The notes: generated by a model not told the origin, from the letters alone. DNA of 63,008 nt, filler included, from Stramenopiles sp. TOSAG23-2 (GCA_900128395.1; 25 parts of 25 records of this genome joined end to end with filler, not necessarily neighbours in it), one strand, 5' to 3'; shown: positions 10,303-22,700, numbered from the whole stretch's first letter. Made by a program: numbers and translations.

Positions 10303-12435
10303 TTACAACTTCGAATTTGTATCGGTACTAGTAGTACCCAATGACAAATTCTCATCACCAACATTTAAAACATATGGAGCTCGTCGTGGAAAATGTACAC
10401 TAGTTACACCAGTTAAATCTTGGTATTTTCTAATGGAAATACTTTGTGAAGTTAATTCAATCAATTTTCCATGCACAGACATACCAGCTGCATAGCCACT
10501 AATAGATACATCTTTTCCAAAATCAATAAAGTCAAATTCACTTTTATCAAAATGATTAATTTTTTCATAGACTTCAACACCTGCAATTTTTTTTACATTT
10601 TCATTCATACTATTATCATATACCAATGATCGGTCTGTACCATCGCTATTTTTATAAGATGCAAAATTTGGTTTAACCCAACTACTAATATTCAATTTAG
10701 CATTGTAATAATATGTTTTTTCACTTCTTCTATCTTTCATAACTTGCCATTCTTTTTCAAATACTTCTCGTTGTTTTAAATTTTCACTGGTTACAGCATC
10801 GTCACTTGATGATTTATTGTTCATCGTATTATTATTATTATTATTCATGGTCGTGCGATAATATCTTTCTACTGGCTTGCAATTTCTTGCTATATCAATA
10901 ACTTCATCTTCAAATATTTCTTCCGTTTGTGCAATGGATGCATTCATTTTAATTGCCCATTGCTGCAACATTGGCATATCACGTACTAATCTTCCAATCC
11001 TTGTCCTATCTGGAGATGTCTTACTTAAAACTTGTAAAAACCAATAATGTGAATATATTGCTGCATCGCATACAGATGGCAATTCGCTACCGCCAATGAA
11101 TATGGTGCCGCCATATTTTTTCAAATCACTTTCAACAAGTTCAAATGCACTTCGTAATTGCGGAAAATTTAATTTTGAAATCATATTCATAATTTTGGGA
11201 TCTGCTTGAGACAGATCTCTGCCGCTTAATTTAGAACGATCTTCCACAAATTTATTTGCACCATCATCATCCAATGCTGACCCAAATGAACTAAAATCCA
11301 TTTGTCCAACTAAACCTTGAAATATGGTCATATCGCTCCAATCAACAAATGTCCAATCTAATGCGGTTGACCTTCGAACTTTTTCTGGCGTTGGAAACCT
11401 TTTTTCAATCTCTTTCATTATTAAATAGGTATCACAATAAAAATCAGCACCAATTTGCAATACTGGAATACGCCTATAGCCACCGGTTAACAATGTTGTA
11501 ATTCTATTCTCATCAATAGATGGTACCGTCAATTCACGCCACTTTAATCCTTTTAATCGCAACAAACAACGTATACGTTCTGCATATGGTGAACCTGCAT
11601 ATCCGTGTAATATCAATTCATCTTTACTATTCTCTTCAGTATTTTCATTCAATTTTTTGTTGTACATTTTTAAATATTTAATTAATCCCCTTACAGCCAT
11701 TAGATTATCTTTTCTTGCACTACCATGATCACCATCAACTTCTAGGAAATCAAAATTATAAATTGTTGCTATTGTTTTATCTGCTTTATAACAATTATCT
11801 TGTCTACCAGACCATAATAATATTGGTACATCACTATAATTTTCAGATAATGTGATTAAGCCTTGTAATTGCCCTTGAGTTTCCCCTAAAGCTTGAAAAG
11901 CTCCACTTAATGCAAGATATTGATTCTCCTTGATACTTTCTGCTAAGTATTTATATTGAGGAATTGATTTTATGGATTCTAACATTTTTTTAAATTCCGT
12001 TTCATTTCGTGCATTTTGAAGATTTTGTTCTCGTTCATCAACTGGTGCCCAACCTCCAATTGTTAAAGATATTAAGCGTTCAGGATAATATTGAGCAAAT
12101 GCTTGTCCAATCCAACCACCCATACTGTAACCTATATAGTTAACCTTTTCGATATTTTCAGCATCTAAAACGGCAGCAATATCACCAGCCCTATCTTTTC
12201 GGTTGTATTTTGTTGCATCTTCTTCAAATGTACTCTCTCCATGACCTAACGAGTCCACTGCAATGACTTGAAATCCTGCCTGGGATATCATTCTTGAATA
12301 ATCTTCATAAACTTCTTTTGACGCTAGAAAACCATGTTGTAAAACAACGAAAGGACCACCCGAACCAGAACCATATATTTTATATGCAATTTGACAGCCT
12401 CTATTATTAGCAAATTTCGTTGCTGTACCTGCCAT
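10303..12435 (-). CDS. Alpha/beta-hydrolase fused to a glutathione S-transferase-like domain with an inserted WW domain
   Basis: QHGF, DSLGHGES and GYSMGG elbow; GST-N SPYAE...GGYRRIPVLQIGADFYCDT; WW EWQVMKD...TYYYN....SSWVKP; terminal VHFPR. Confidence 0.85.
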   Translation of the reverse strand: MAGTATKFANNRGCQIAYKIYGSGSGGPFVVLQHGFLASKEVYEDYSRMISQAGFQVIAVDSLGHGESTFEEDATKYNRKDRAGDIAAVLDAENIEKVNYIGYSMGGWIGQAFAQYYPERLISLTIGGWAPVDEREQNLQNARNETEFKKMLESIKSIPQYKYLAESIKENQYLALSGAFQALGETQGQLQGLITLSENYSDVPILLWSGRQDNCYKADKTIATIYNFDFLEVDGDHGSARKDNLMAVRGLIKYLKMYNKKLNENTEENSKDELILHGYAGSPYAERIRCLLRLKGLKWRELTVPSIDENRITTLLTGGYRRIPVLQIGADFYCDTYLIMKEIEKRFPTPEKVRRSTALDWTFVDWSDMTIFQGLVGQMDFSSFGSALDDDGANKFVEDRSKLSGRDLSQADPKIMNMISKLNFPQLRSAFELVESDLKKYGGTIFIGGSELPSVCDAAIYSHYWFLQVLSKTSPDRTRIGRLVRDMPMLQQWAIKMNASIAQTEEIFEDEVIDIARNCKPVERYYRTTMNNNNNNTMNNKSSSDDAVTSENLKQREVFEKEWQVMKDRRSEKTYYYNAKLNISSWVKPNFASYKNSDGTDRSLVYDNSMNENVKKIAGVEVYEKINHFDKSEFDFIDFGKDVSISGYAAGMSVHGKLIELTSQSISIRKYQDLTGVTSVHFPRRAPYVLNVGDENLSLGTTSTDTNSKL

Positions 12436-13125
12436 TGTTAATTATTATCTATATGATGATGATGATGATGATGATAATGATGATTACAGCGTTTGTTTTC
12501 CCAGGAAAGACAGGTCGGTGCATTTACATTACTTTTTTATTAAAAAAAAAAAAAGATATTTATTATTTTTTTTTATANNNNNNNNNNNNNNNNNNNNNNN
12601 NNNNNNNNNNNNNNNNNNNNNTTAATTAATTAANNNNNNNNNNNNNNNNNNNNNNNNNNNNNNNNNNNNNNNNNNNNCATTGAAAAAGAAAGACAAAGGG
12701 GAGGTTACTTATTATTGATGTCGAGAGATTTTTTAAAAAAATGTTTTAATTACTAATACCTTATTAATATTCTAGATGTGCAGATTAGTCGTATAAAAAA
12801 CAGAAGCCTAAAAAATCTTACTGATGTGCTGATGTGCTGATGTGCTGATGTTAATGCGGCTTTTTTTAAAAATATATTAAGTATGTATTTTTGTATACTA
12901 ATATTCAATGTGATTTTTGGTCAAAATTGGAATATTAGAATATTAGACGACTAGTAGGTACTATACAAAATACAAAAATACATCCAGACTTATTATTATT
13001 ATTATTATTACATTTAGTCAACAAGTGTACATTCAACACTAACATGTTCTACAACAACGTTTATTATAGATAATAATTATTATTGTATTTTTATAAACAC
13101 ACAAGCTTCGTAGATTTTAAACAAC

Positions 13126-15109
13126 ATGGACGATAAAAAGAACAATAACAAGGTGACAAAACAGTCAATTGATATAGATAGTAATGATGATGCGAATAAT
13201 AATTTAAAACTCAATGCCATTCAAGTTGAAATGGTAAATGCTAGTGATTCATCAATGAATAATAAATCGACAACAGAAGACAAACAAAAGATGAAACAAG
13301 AAAAGAGAAAAAGAGCACGGGAAAGAAATAGAAGCGAGGCGCAAATTGTGCAAGATATTAGAAATAAATTATCATGTAGACAGCATGTTAGTCCTGTTGG
13401 CATACTTATTTTGTTCGCATATTTATCAATATCGGCGGGACATTTTATTATTTTTTATGTGTATGCAAACCATATTTATTCATATGATGCTAACTTTGGA
13501 AAAATAAATCGACCAGGAGTATGGATCTTTTTGACTTTTTCCATATTATACTTTTTGCAATTTTTATTTTGGATTATACGTTGGAAGAAAATAGCTAGAA
13601 AATGGATGGAGAAAAAATACAGCATCAGGCTCTGTAGCCGTAACGAACGTGGAAATAGTAGTGGAGCCTCACGATTGTTACATTTATATTTTGATAATTG
13701 TGGACTAAATGGTAAATATTATTTTCACAAATTATATGCATATGAATTTATTGAAAATTGGATACAATTTAGCAATTTAATTGCGGTATACGCATGTACA
13801 TTACCAATTGGTTGGAATATATTATTTAGTGGTGTATTGATATTTGAATCTTTAATTCGAGCACGATTGATGTATCGAAAGCTATGGGGATCAAGTAATA
13901 CTAGTAAACTAATTGATGTAAAAGAACGTAATTTTCAAGTGATGTTAGATATAAGTGTCGATATGTTTTTTCTAATAGTACCACTTGTTTTTTTATGGTT
14001 TGTATATAAAATTCCAATATCAATTATGGAAATATTACGAATCATATTAATGCCTACATTCTCACTTTTTGGAAAGTTACGTACTGTATTTCAACATGGT
14101 ATATTTAAAAATATCGATGTCGAAGTTATGAAGAAACAAGATAAAGCAGCTGGTTCTTCTAATAGAAGGCGTCAATCATTGTTCAGAATATCGGTGACAG
14201 AGAAAATAAGTATAGGTCAAAATGCAAGGTTTACCCGTCCAATAAAATTGACTGTATTTTCACTTAGTTTGATTTATGTTTTAGTGTTAGTTGTGATGAC
14301 AATTGTCCAATTGGGAAATTTGTCGTTTCTCGATACATGTGATGCAACTTTGGATAGCAAAAATATATGGAACGAAGGATGCGTGAATAAAATTCCATAT
14401 TGTAAAAGCGCATTTGTTCCAAAATGTAATTGTGCGTCGTTAAAAATTGAAAATGATCCTACGTTAACATATTTACCAAATGTAATGGTGGATGAAATGG
14501 ATGGGTTGAGAAAGGTCTCGATTAAAAATTGTAATCTTACAACATTACCAGCGAATATGGAACGATGGACGGAAATGGTTGATTTTGAAGTTCCATTTAA
14601 TCGTTTGGATGCGTTTGAAGTAGATGTTAGTAAATGGAAGAAATTAGTAAGGCTGATGTTGATGTATAATAGCATAAAAAAGTATAACGAAGAAGCTTTA
14701 TGGACACATCCTAATCTAGTAAGTTTGTTTTTAAATGATAACGTCGGATTAAATATGCCAGGACCAGAGATTACAATTGAAATGCAATCATTGCAATATT
14801 TTAGCAATAGTAATAATACTGTAGATGTTCATCTAAATTTCGACAAAATTAAATTTCCAAATCTGATGTTTTTATATTTGAGAGGCAATAATTTGAAAAC
14901 TTTTCCGGATGAATCGTTAAAATATCAGTTGTGGGATTTAGGCATAGCACGATGTGGATTATTGATACTTCCACCTCACTTATCTAATTTTGAAAAGTTG
15001 ACATATTTAGACGCTAGAGACAATAATATTACACTGGTTGATGATAATTTAAAGAAATTGGTGAAAAGGAATAGCATGGAGTCGTATTTTTCTGGAAATC
15101 CTGTTTGTC
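13126..15109 (+). CDS. Multi-pass membrane protein with C-terminal leucine-rich repeats, 3'-truncated
   Basis: About 6-7 hydrophobic segments, a Cys cap (CVNK..YC....PKCNC) and LxxLxLxxNxL repeats ending GNPVC. Confidence 0.85.
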
Positions 15110-15235
15110 NNNNNNNNNNNNNNNNNNNNNNNNNNNNNNNNNNNNNNNNNNNNTTAATTAATTAANNNNNNNNNNNNNNNNNNNNNNNNNNNNNNNNNNN
15201 NNNNNNNNNTATACAATAAGAAGTATAGAGTTGTA

Positions 15236-15270
<35 letters not shown>

Positions 15271-15294
15271 CTAGATAATGTTGTAATTAAAATA

Positions 15295-16269
15295 ATGGGT
15301 GTCTTTTCAAATAAGTTATCTGCGAAAAAGCGGAAGCAAAAGAGGGAGGAGATGATGGCTATGAATGAAACAGCTACTACTAGATATGGAAAGAAAAAAA
15401 CATTAATGTCGCAACAAAAAAATAAACGTATGGGTGTATTACCAGATGTGAAAAGTTTAGTAGAAGTGAATAATGAACGATTAAAAGAGTCTGCATATTC
15501 TAATAATGGTTTGTACTGGATTATATCAATTGTAATTTTTGTATTATATTTTTTTTATAGAAAGTATAAGACTCGTCATATAAAACGTAAAATTGCATTG
15601 AAAAAACGACAAACATCACTTGGACATGCAGATGATGAAGATAATGATATAGAGTTAGGAAATACTATGGGTACACCAACAGTTGGTTTAGAGATGCGAT
15701 CTATCAATATTCGCCGTATTTTGCCTACGTTGAGAGGCTTACCAACATCAAAAACTGGCGTAAAAGCTGTTTCCATTGTCCATAAAGGTATATTGGAAAA
15801 TATTGTTAAAGATTTACCAACACGTTATGCAATTTGTGATTGGAATTTAGTCTATTCCTCGCAACGTGATGGGTATTCATTAAATACATGTTTAAATTTT
15901 AGTAAAAATCGTTCAGGTCCTTCATTATTAGTCATTAAAGACAGTTTTGGTCACATTTTTGGTGCATTTGCATCTGAAACTATAGAAAAACGTGATAGTT
16001 ATTTCGGCACAGGTGAAACATTTGTTGCTAAATTTTTCCCAAACTATCATGTATATAAATCAACACGTGATAATCAAGAATATATTGTATGTGAGAAAGG
16101 TGAATTTTTAGCATTTGGTGGTGGTGGTAAATTTGCATTGCATTTAGATAAACATTTTAAAAATGGTATAAGCGAATCATCGAAAACATTTGATAATGAA
16201 ATTTTAAGTAAAAATATGAATTTTAAATGCGTTGAGATTGAATTATGGTGTTTTGTCCATACCTATTGA
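15295..16269 (+). CDS. TLDc-domain protein (OXR1/NCOA7-like) with a single TM helix
   Basis: WNLVYSSQRDGYSL, GHIFGAF, YFGTGETFV, LAFGGGGKFALHLD, SKTFDN, IELW. Confidence 0.92.
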   Translation: MGVFSNKLSAKKRKQKREEMMAMNETATTRYGKKKTLMSQQKNKRMGVLPDVKSLVEVNNERLKESAYSNNGLYWIISIVIFVLYFFYRKYKTRHIKRKIALKKRQTSLGHADDEDNDIELGNTMGTPTVGLEMRSINIRRILPTLRGLPTSKTGVKAVSIVHKGILENIVKDLPTRYAICDWNLVYSSQRDGYSLNTCLNFSKNRSGPSLLVIKDSFGHIFGAFASETIEKRDSYFGTGETFVAKFFPNYHVYKSTRDNQEYIVCEKGEFLAFGGGGKFALHLDKHFKNGISESSKTFDNEILSKNMNFKCVEIELWCFVHTY

Positions 16270-16736
16270 TGCAAGAGAGTATATATACGATTATTGTATA
16301 TAATAATATTTTAAACTCTAACTCGAAATAGAAAGTTGTTCTGAAAAAAATTGGGGATCCGAGCCTGGATAGAATTAGGGTTTTGGGGTGTACAAAAAAA
16401 TTCTAAAAAATCAGTATTATTAATATTTGATATTCTAATTTTCCCTTCAAGTATAAATTATGTGTCATTTGCACCATTTGATAGGAGGAGTAACCTATTT
16501 CATTCCTTTTTCTTCTTCCTCCTCAACAAATTCTGGCCATTTAATTCACTCTTCTTCCATAATAAATATATATATACATGTATACATAGATAGATAGATG
16601 GATAATGTATATCACCTTTTGCAGACGACGATAATGTATGAACGCCATTATTATGATATAATTTAATATCTATTTATATCTAATTATATATACACGGGCG
16701 AAGGGAAAACAATAATACAAGTATAAATACAAAAAT

Positions 16737-17480
16737 ATGACGGAGAAGAAACAAAAAAAAGCAAAGAAAGGTAAGAAAAAGAAAAGTAGTAAAAGACATC
16801 GTGAGGAAGATGATGTGGATAACAATAGCAATAAGAAAAAAAAACGTATGGAAAATAATGAAACTGAGAAAACAATATACGAACAATTAAATGAAGATCC
16901 TGATAATCAATTATGGTTAGTAAGGGTGCCAAAAACATTGAATATAAACGATTTAAATGGTAAAGAAGTTCATTTGAATGAGAACGAAATAATAAATAAA
17001 GAATTAAATATTACTAGTAATAATAATATGCATAATAATAATAGCAATAAATATAAAAACAGTATATTAACAGTATATAGTGGTGAAGGTCTGGAAAATG
17101 ATTCTGATGACGATATGAATAGTGTTAATGGATCTACTAGTAAAAAACAATATATATTGAAATTTGCACCAGAAAAACAATGTTCACAAATGGTTTGTTT
17201 TTTACCAAATGCGGAAGATTCAACAACATACAAGAATGAAGAATCACAAATAGTACACCCATTAAAATTTGCAAAACAATTAAATTTTATTGAAAATATT
17301 GTTGGCTTACCTGATACGGAGGCAAATGAACAACGTTTATCCAGAGCATATATTAAAGTTCCACAGAAAACAAATTTAAACTACACTTTAAAGACCATTG
17401 GGCAGGTTAGAAAGAAAAAAAAGAAAGAAAAAAAAGAAAAGAAAAAAAAGAAGAAGAAATCATCAAAGCGTGAGGTTTAA
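16737..17480 (+). CDS. Lysine-rich nuclear protein, possibly RNA polymerase I subunit A34/RPA34-like
   Basis: QLWLVRVPK...LNGK motif, VPQ..L motif and poly-K C-terminus. Confidence 0.5.
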   Translation: MTEKKQKKAKKGKKKKSSKRHREEDDVDNNSNKKKKRMENNETEKTIYEQLNEDPDNQLWLVRVPKTLNINDLNGKEVHLNENEIINKELNITSNNNMHNNNSNKYKNSILTVYSGEGLENDSDDDMNSVNGSTSKKQYILKFAPEKQCSQMVCFLPNAEDSTTYKNEESQIVHPLKFAKQLNFIENIVGLPDTEANEQRLSRAYIKVPQKTNLNYTLKTIGQVRKKKKKEKKEKKKKKKKSSKREV

Positions 17481-17586
17481 AAATTTTTATAAAATAATAC
17501 AACTCTCTCTCTCTCTATAAAATTTTCTCTTACTCATTAATTTATATATAATTAATTAATGCATTAATTTATTTTTAATTTACTCA

Positions 17587-17640
17587 TGATAATTCCTACT
17601 CTCCAGAAAGAATACAATAACTGAGACAAATCTATCTCAC
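17587..17640 (+). repeat. Dispersed repeat family B (TGATAATTCCTACTCT...AGAATACAATAACTGAGACAAATCTATCTCAC); other copies near 10145, 25386 (rc), 32903-32984 (rc), 35428, 60231
   Basis: Shared sequence on six contigs, often at contig ends. Confidence 0.8.
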
Positions 17641-18319
17641 NNNNNNNNNNNNNNNNNNNNNNNNNNNNNNNNNNNNNNNNNNNNTTAATTAATTAANNNN
17701 NNNNNNNNNNNNNNNNNNNNNNNNNNNNNNNNNNNNNNNNCACCCCTCTAGCACTATCTTACTATTATCTTACATTTTCTTGTGTGAACAGAAGATATTC
17801 AAGGAGGACCAAATGGCACAAATGTACGTCGTTTAATAAAAAATATGATACACACAACGCACACACACTCTGCTGTGTGTTCTACGAAGTATTTTTTTTT
17901 ATTATTGTTTGCAGAGGTGCATTAGAGCTTTACTAAAGTAAAAGATAGAATATTATTCCTGAGATTGAGTATTGAGCATATTACGAACCGTACTCTTAGA
18001 GCACGCGGGAAGTAAAAATTATTTATTAACCTTATAGATTTTAACACCATCATCTCTATTTTTTAATTCTTTCACTTCGATCTTTAATTCTTCAATCATT
18101 TTAAACATTTCTTTCATTCCAGTAGATATTTCTGTTTTTAAATCTAAAAATTCTGCTTTTGTCAATGAAATTGCGTCACTAGTATTGTTCTCTAAAACAT
18201 TTTTTTGCTCATTGTCAACAGTTGTTTCATAACACTCTGAGTGCCAGCAGCTGGACATGCCATCGCTTGTTTTAAGTGAATGACTTGATCTGTTAAAGTC
18301 ACATCATATGATAGATTAT

Positions 18320-19900
18320 CTATTGATACCATCCTGTGTATAATACTTTTTGACCCCATTTTTTCATATTTTCGGCATATTTTATTGTCAATTCTGTATT
18401 TCTACGTATATTTTCTCTAGCAGATATTATGCCAGTTTTACGATCAACAACACAATTGGGTGAATTTGAGTGTTGAAAAAAGTGTGCAAAAAGGTAATCT
18501 TTATTTGGTTCACCTGCAACCATAAGATTTCTGTTTCCTGATTGTATTATCATTCGATATTGTCTGTGCAATGAAGAGAATTGTTCCCATTCCTTTGCTT
18601 TTTTTTTCCCAGTTTTTGTATTTAAATTTGCTGTTACACCCATATATTTAGATATTACATCACCTACTTGAAATGGACGTGCAGAAAATACCCCAAACCC
18701 TGAATTAGGTATATCACTTGTTTTTTTTATAAGCCATTTTGTAGCTTCTTTTTTGTCTTTTCGTTCATCTGGCTTCAGCCAAAGTATTTTTGATGTTGGC
18801 CCAACTAATGGCATTATATCATCATACCCATAATGTGTTACATAATCCCATGTTTTCGTGCAATAAAGTTTGGCTTTGCTGCATTTTCCAATTGTATTAT
18901 CTTTTGTTAACCATGTGATTGGAAACGTGGGTTGGTATGCTTTCTTTTTAGGTCGTGTTTGATCTGCATTATCACCGATGGAAAAGTCAGGATTTGCACC
19001 TTTCACTTCAGCACGTACGGAACCCATGTTTAAGAAATTTGCACTTTGTGGACGTTTTGGTTTGTTTGGATCAGTTTTACTAGCCAAATATTCTTCCCTA
19101 TCGCGATGGTATTGTGCTTTCAACTTAGCGGCTTCTTTTTCAAATGGCTCACGTTTTCTTGGGTCTAATTGACGCCACATTGCACCGATGTGCTTGGTAA
19201 CATCACCAATTTTGTATTCTGGATATGCCGCACGTACTTGATCACGTACTGAACCCATGTACAAAAAGTATGCAGATTGTGCTCTTTTTGGTGCATTTGG
19301 GTCTTTTTTCTTACCCTTCTTCCTTTTCTTTTTCTTTTTAACTGTTTTCTTTGGCTTTCTTTTTGTTATTGTTGTTGTTGGTTCTTTTGACAATGTAGTT
19401 GTACTGATGTCGCTTGCATTAAGATTGTTCTCTTTGAAGGTTTTAGGATTAGCAGTCGTTGAGCTACTGCTTTTAATATTCAATGTGTCCATGCTCTTCT
19501 TCTTTTTCTTCTTTTTGACATTTCCTATCATCATTGTGCTGGTATCGTCTTCTTTAATAGTTGCAGGTGTTTTTACCACAGTAACATTTGTTGGTGTACT
19601 ATTATCAATATCCCCGGTAACTAATTTTCTTTTTTTTTGCTTTTTTGTAATTGGAGTCGGCGGTATTTTAGATACATTACATCTAATCAATTTCTTTAGA
19701 GTATTGTATTCGATAAATCCATCCTTGTATACACATTCAAAAGCGTTTTTCAATGGAACATACGATACCACTTTACCTTCCCATACACCATAGCCTGGAA
19801 AGTTTTTTTTATACGTTGCACCGATAATTTTATTCATCCTTTTCACAACCTCCTCCTCATCATCATTAACCGTTGTATTATCATTGTTGTTTGTAATCAT
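18320..19900 (-). CDS. Tudor-like + HMG-box + SET-domain chromatin protein
   Basis: KKNFPGYGVWEGKVVSY...VYKDG (Tudor-like); KDPNAPKRAQSAYFLY...IGAMWRQL (HMG); SGFGVFS...GDVISKYMG...FQHSNSPNC...ELTIKY (SET). First ATG at 19900. Confidence 0.85.
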   Translation of the reverse strand: MITNNNDNTTVNDDEEEVVKRMNKIIGATYKKNFPGYGVWEGKVVSYVPLKNAFECVYKDGFIEYNTLKKLIRCNVSKIPPTPITKKQKKRKLVTGDIDNSTPTNVTVVKTPATIKEDDTSTMMIGNVKKKKKKKSMDTLNIKSSSSTTANPKTFKENNLNASDISTTTLSKEPTTTITKRKPKKTVKKKKKRKKGKKKDPNAPKRAQSAYFLYMGSVRDQVRAAYPEYKIGDVTKHIGAMWRQLDPRKREPFEKEAAKLKAQYHRDREEYLASKTDPNKPKRPQSANFLNMGSVRAEVKGANPDFSIGDNADQTRPKKKAYQPTFPITWLTKDNTIGKCSKAKLYCTKTWDYVTHYGYDDIMPLVGPTSKILWLKPDERKDKKEATKWLIKKTSDIPNSGFGVFSARPFQVGDVISKYMGVTANLNTKTGKKKAKEWEQFSSLHRQYRMIIQSGNRNLMVAGEPNKDYLFAHFFQHSNSPNCVVDRKTGIISARENIRRNTELTIKYAENMKKWGQKVLYTGWYQ

Positions 19901-20586
19901 ACTAGAAACCGTCGCGATGTTTATGTTTATATATATGTATATACGTATGTGTGCTTCTATATATGTATATGCTTCGCTCCGCAAGTGCTAAGTATTATGT
20001 GCTTAGGTACCCGGAGTAGTATGCTTTACGTTTGATGATTATGTATATAATATTTTAATCAATATATATACTGGTTGTCCCGGATTAACTACACATACAT
20101 AGAAGCCAAAGTAGAATTTTCCAATACTGTGCCATTTTAATAATATTGGATATTTCCAGCAATATATGAACNNNNNNNNNNNNNNNNNNNNNNNNNNNNN
20201 NNNNNNNNNNNNNNNTTAATTAATTAANNNNNNNNNNNNNNNNNNNNNNNNNNNNNNNNNNNNNNNNNNNNATGTTATTAACATCTTTATTCACATTTTG
20301 TATAATATTATTATTATATATCTTTCGGCGCAAAAAAACTATAGTACTATTAAATTATAATACTACTTCAAACACTTCTAGCTTTTCGAAACAAGTGAAG
20401 AAATAAATTAAGTAAAACCGAAGGTACAGGCATAATTTGTAAAACAGAATTAAAAGGCATTGAATCACATACATTTTAAAATAACTTCTTTTTGATTCTT
20501 TCTTTCTCCACTTATACATTCCTGCAGAATAAATTTACCTCATTTCTAACATTTAATACAAAAAAATAATACTGTATAGATTAACT

Positions 20587-22700
20587 ATGAATGAAAATTG
20601 TTTACGAGTATATGTTTCCGGGTGTAGTACTGATACCGCATCAGAACGTAAAGCATTACAAGATTACGTCATTCCAAAGTTAGAAACTTGGTGTGAGCAT
20701 AAAAATGTACAATTGCATGTAACAGACATGAGATATAAAAATAATACAGATTTAAGCATTGACGTCTGTCTCGATGAAATCGATAAATCCTCTGTTGTGA
20801 TAGGAATATACGGTAGTCGTTTAGATCCAGTTAAACCTCTAGACGACACATCCGCAAAAGAATTTCCGTGGCTAACTCGCTTACCTACTACCGGCAATAG
20901 TAAAGGCCTATCTATCAGTCAAATAGAAATACAACGCGCAACATTAAATGAAGACCCATACAGACGACCATTATTAGACTCTGCATCATATGATTTCTAT
21001 TATTTTCGTAATAACAACTTTCTGGAAAGAGACAATGTGCCCCTGCGGTTGCACGAACGATTTTTACCGGGAACATACAAAAGAGTTGCAGGTCAACTTA
21101 TTTTCACGCATGATACTGCACAACTTCAATTATTTGAATCTATGAAAAAAAAAGTTATAAACCAAGCGAAAGAATTTCCTAACTTAATTAATGTATCAAA
21201 CGATTACACTTGTCGGTTTAATGGGAGACGTTCAACTGATATAGAGGTTGAATCAGCCTTAGGTGACTTAGGTACATTTTGTACAACCGTTGCAAAAGAT
21301 ATTGCTTCTGTTGTAACTCGAATGTTTCCACAAATAACAAAACCAATACCATCAGCTATAAATAAAAATGCGATAGATCACCAGAGATATTTTCGCAGCA
21401 CTTTAAAACGAACGGATGCTAATGAAACTCATCCTAATATGGAACAGGAAAAACAAATATTAAATTACATCCGTCCAAAAAATATCACAAACACGATGAG
21501 TGTATGTATAGTTGCAGGTGAAGATGGAATCGGTAAATCAACTATGATTTCTAATTTAGTGAATAGATTAGATCCTAGAACTGAGCCGTGCATTTTTCAC
21601 ATGGTTCAAGCAAGCTCTTTGTGCAGTAATATACGTTATACTTTGTTTTCACTATCGTCTCAATTACAGACAATGGCATGTAAATTAAATAGAACAAATT
21701 TTGATGAAAATTCAATACAATTTTCAGATATGGCAACTTACTTAGAAGCCAAAAGCATGTTTATTAATTCTTTGCGAGTAGCATGTGAAGCGGCGGAAAA
21801 GATGGATACTTTAATAACATTAATTATTGATGGTATCGATGACTTCGTTGAAGGCCAAGGTCCTTTTACACAGTTTGACTGGCTTCCAGATTGGCGACCA
21901 AGTGTTATTGGAGAAGAATCTAGCCATTGGCTCAACCGACTACGTTTAATTGTGACTTTGAGAACAAAAACAGGTACATCTACCCATTCAGAACCTATGA
22001 AGGCATTAAAGCAACGGTGTCAAGGGAAAGGTCGATTTATAGAGCAAGTGCATTTAGACATTGTGCCAAACAATATGATACGTGGAAATTTTCAAAAAGA
22101 ATTTCGCAATCATAGCAAATACACTAACATAGAGGAGGAAGACATAATTATTCCAAAACATTGCCATGCGATAGGTGTACCCAGATGTTTAAACTATAGT
22201 TTGTATATGATAGCACAACCATGGTCTTCCATTCAAACTTTAGATGGCATCCCAATCTTACCTGTAGAACTTTGTGACCGTCTATTATATGATTTAGAGG
22301 AAATACATGGATCAGAGATAATTCAAAAAATCATGACTACCATAGCATGTTCATATGGAGGTTTATATAGNNNTGTATAAATTAAAACCTTTTTTGAAAC
22401 AGCATTTTATAGAAGTTGAGTCCCAGTTAAACTTTGACTTGAAAATTCAAATAAATAGCAGCAGTCTTTTAGAAGCTATTGACTTGCGTTACTTTGATTG
22501 GACAAGAAGACGTAATATGGTCAATTTAGATTCACCGTATGCCTCTAAAGTTCTTCCGGTGTCCTATTCAAACGTTCATGAACAATTAGCTGTTGCCTTT
22601 CGAAAAAAATGTTTTAATCTAAAATTTGCAAAAGATAACAAAGAGGAAGCTATTAACAAAGCTATTATGGATGCTCAGGGTGGGGATGGTTCCTTAACAG
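20587..22700 (+). CDS. DUF4062-like + NACHT/STAND P-loop NTPase (TEP1/NWD-like), interrupted by a small N gap and 3'-truncated
   Basis: LRVYVSG..TDTASER...CLDEID...IGIYGSR...SISQIEIQRA; Walker A GEDGIGKS; Walker B LIIDGIDD. Confidence 0.8.

Noticed and set aside
18019-18258. 79-aa coiled-coil ORF downstream of the HMG-SET gene
   Set aside because: Short, no recognisable family; may be a gene remnant but cannot be supported
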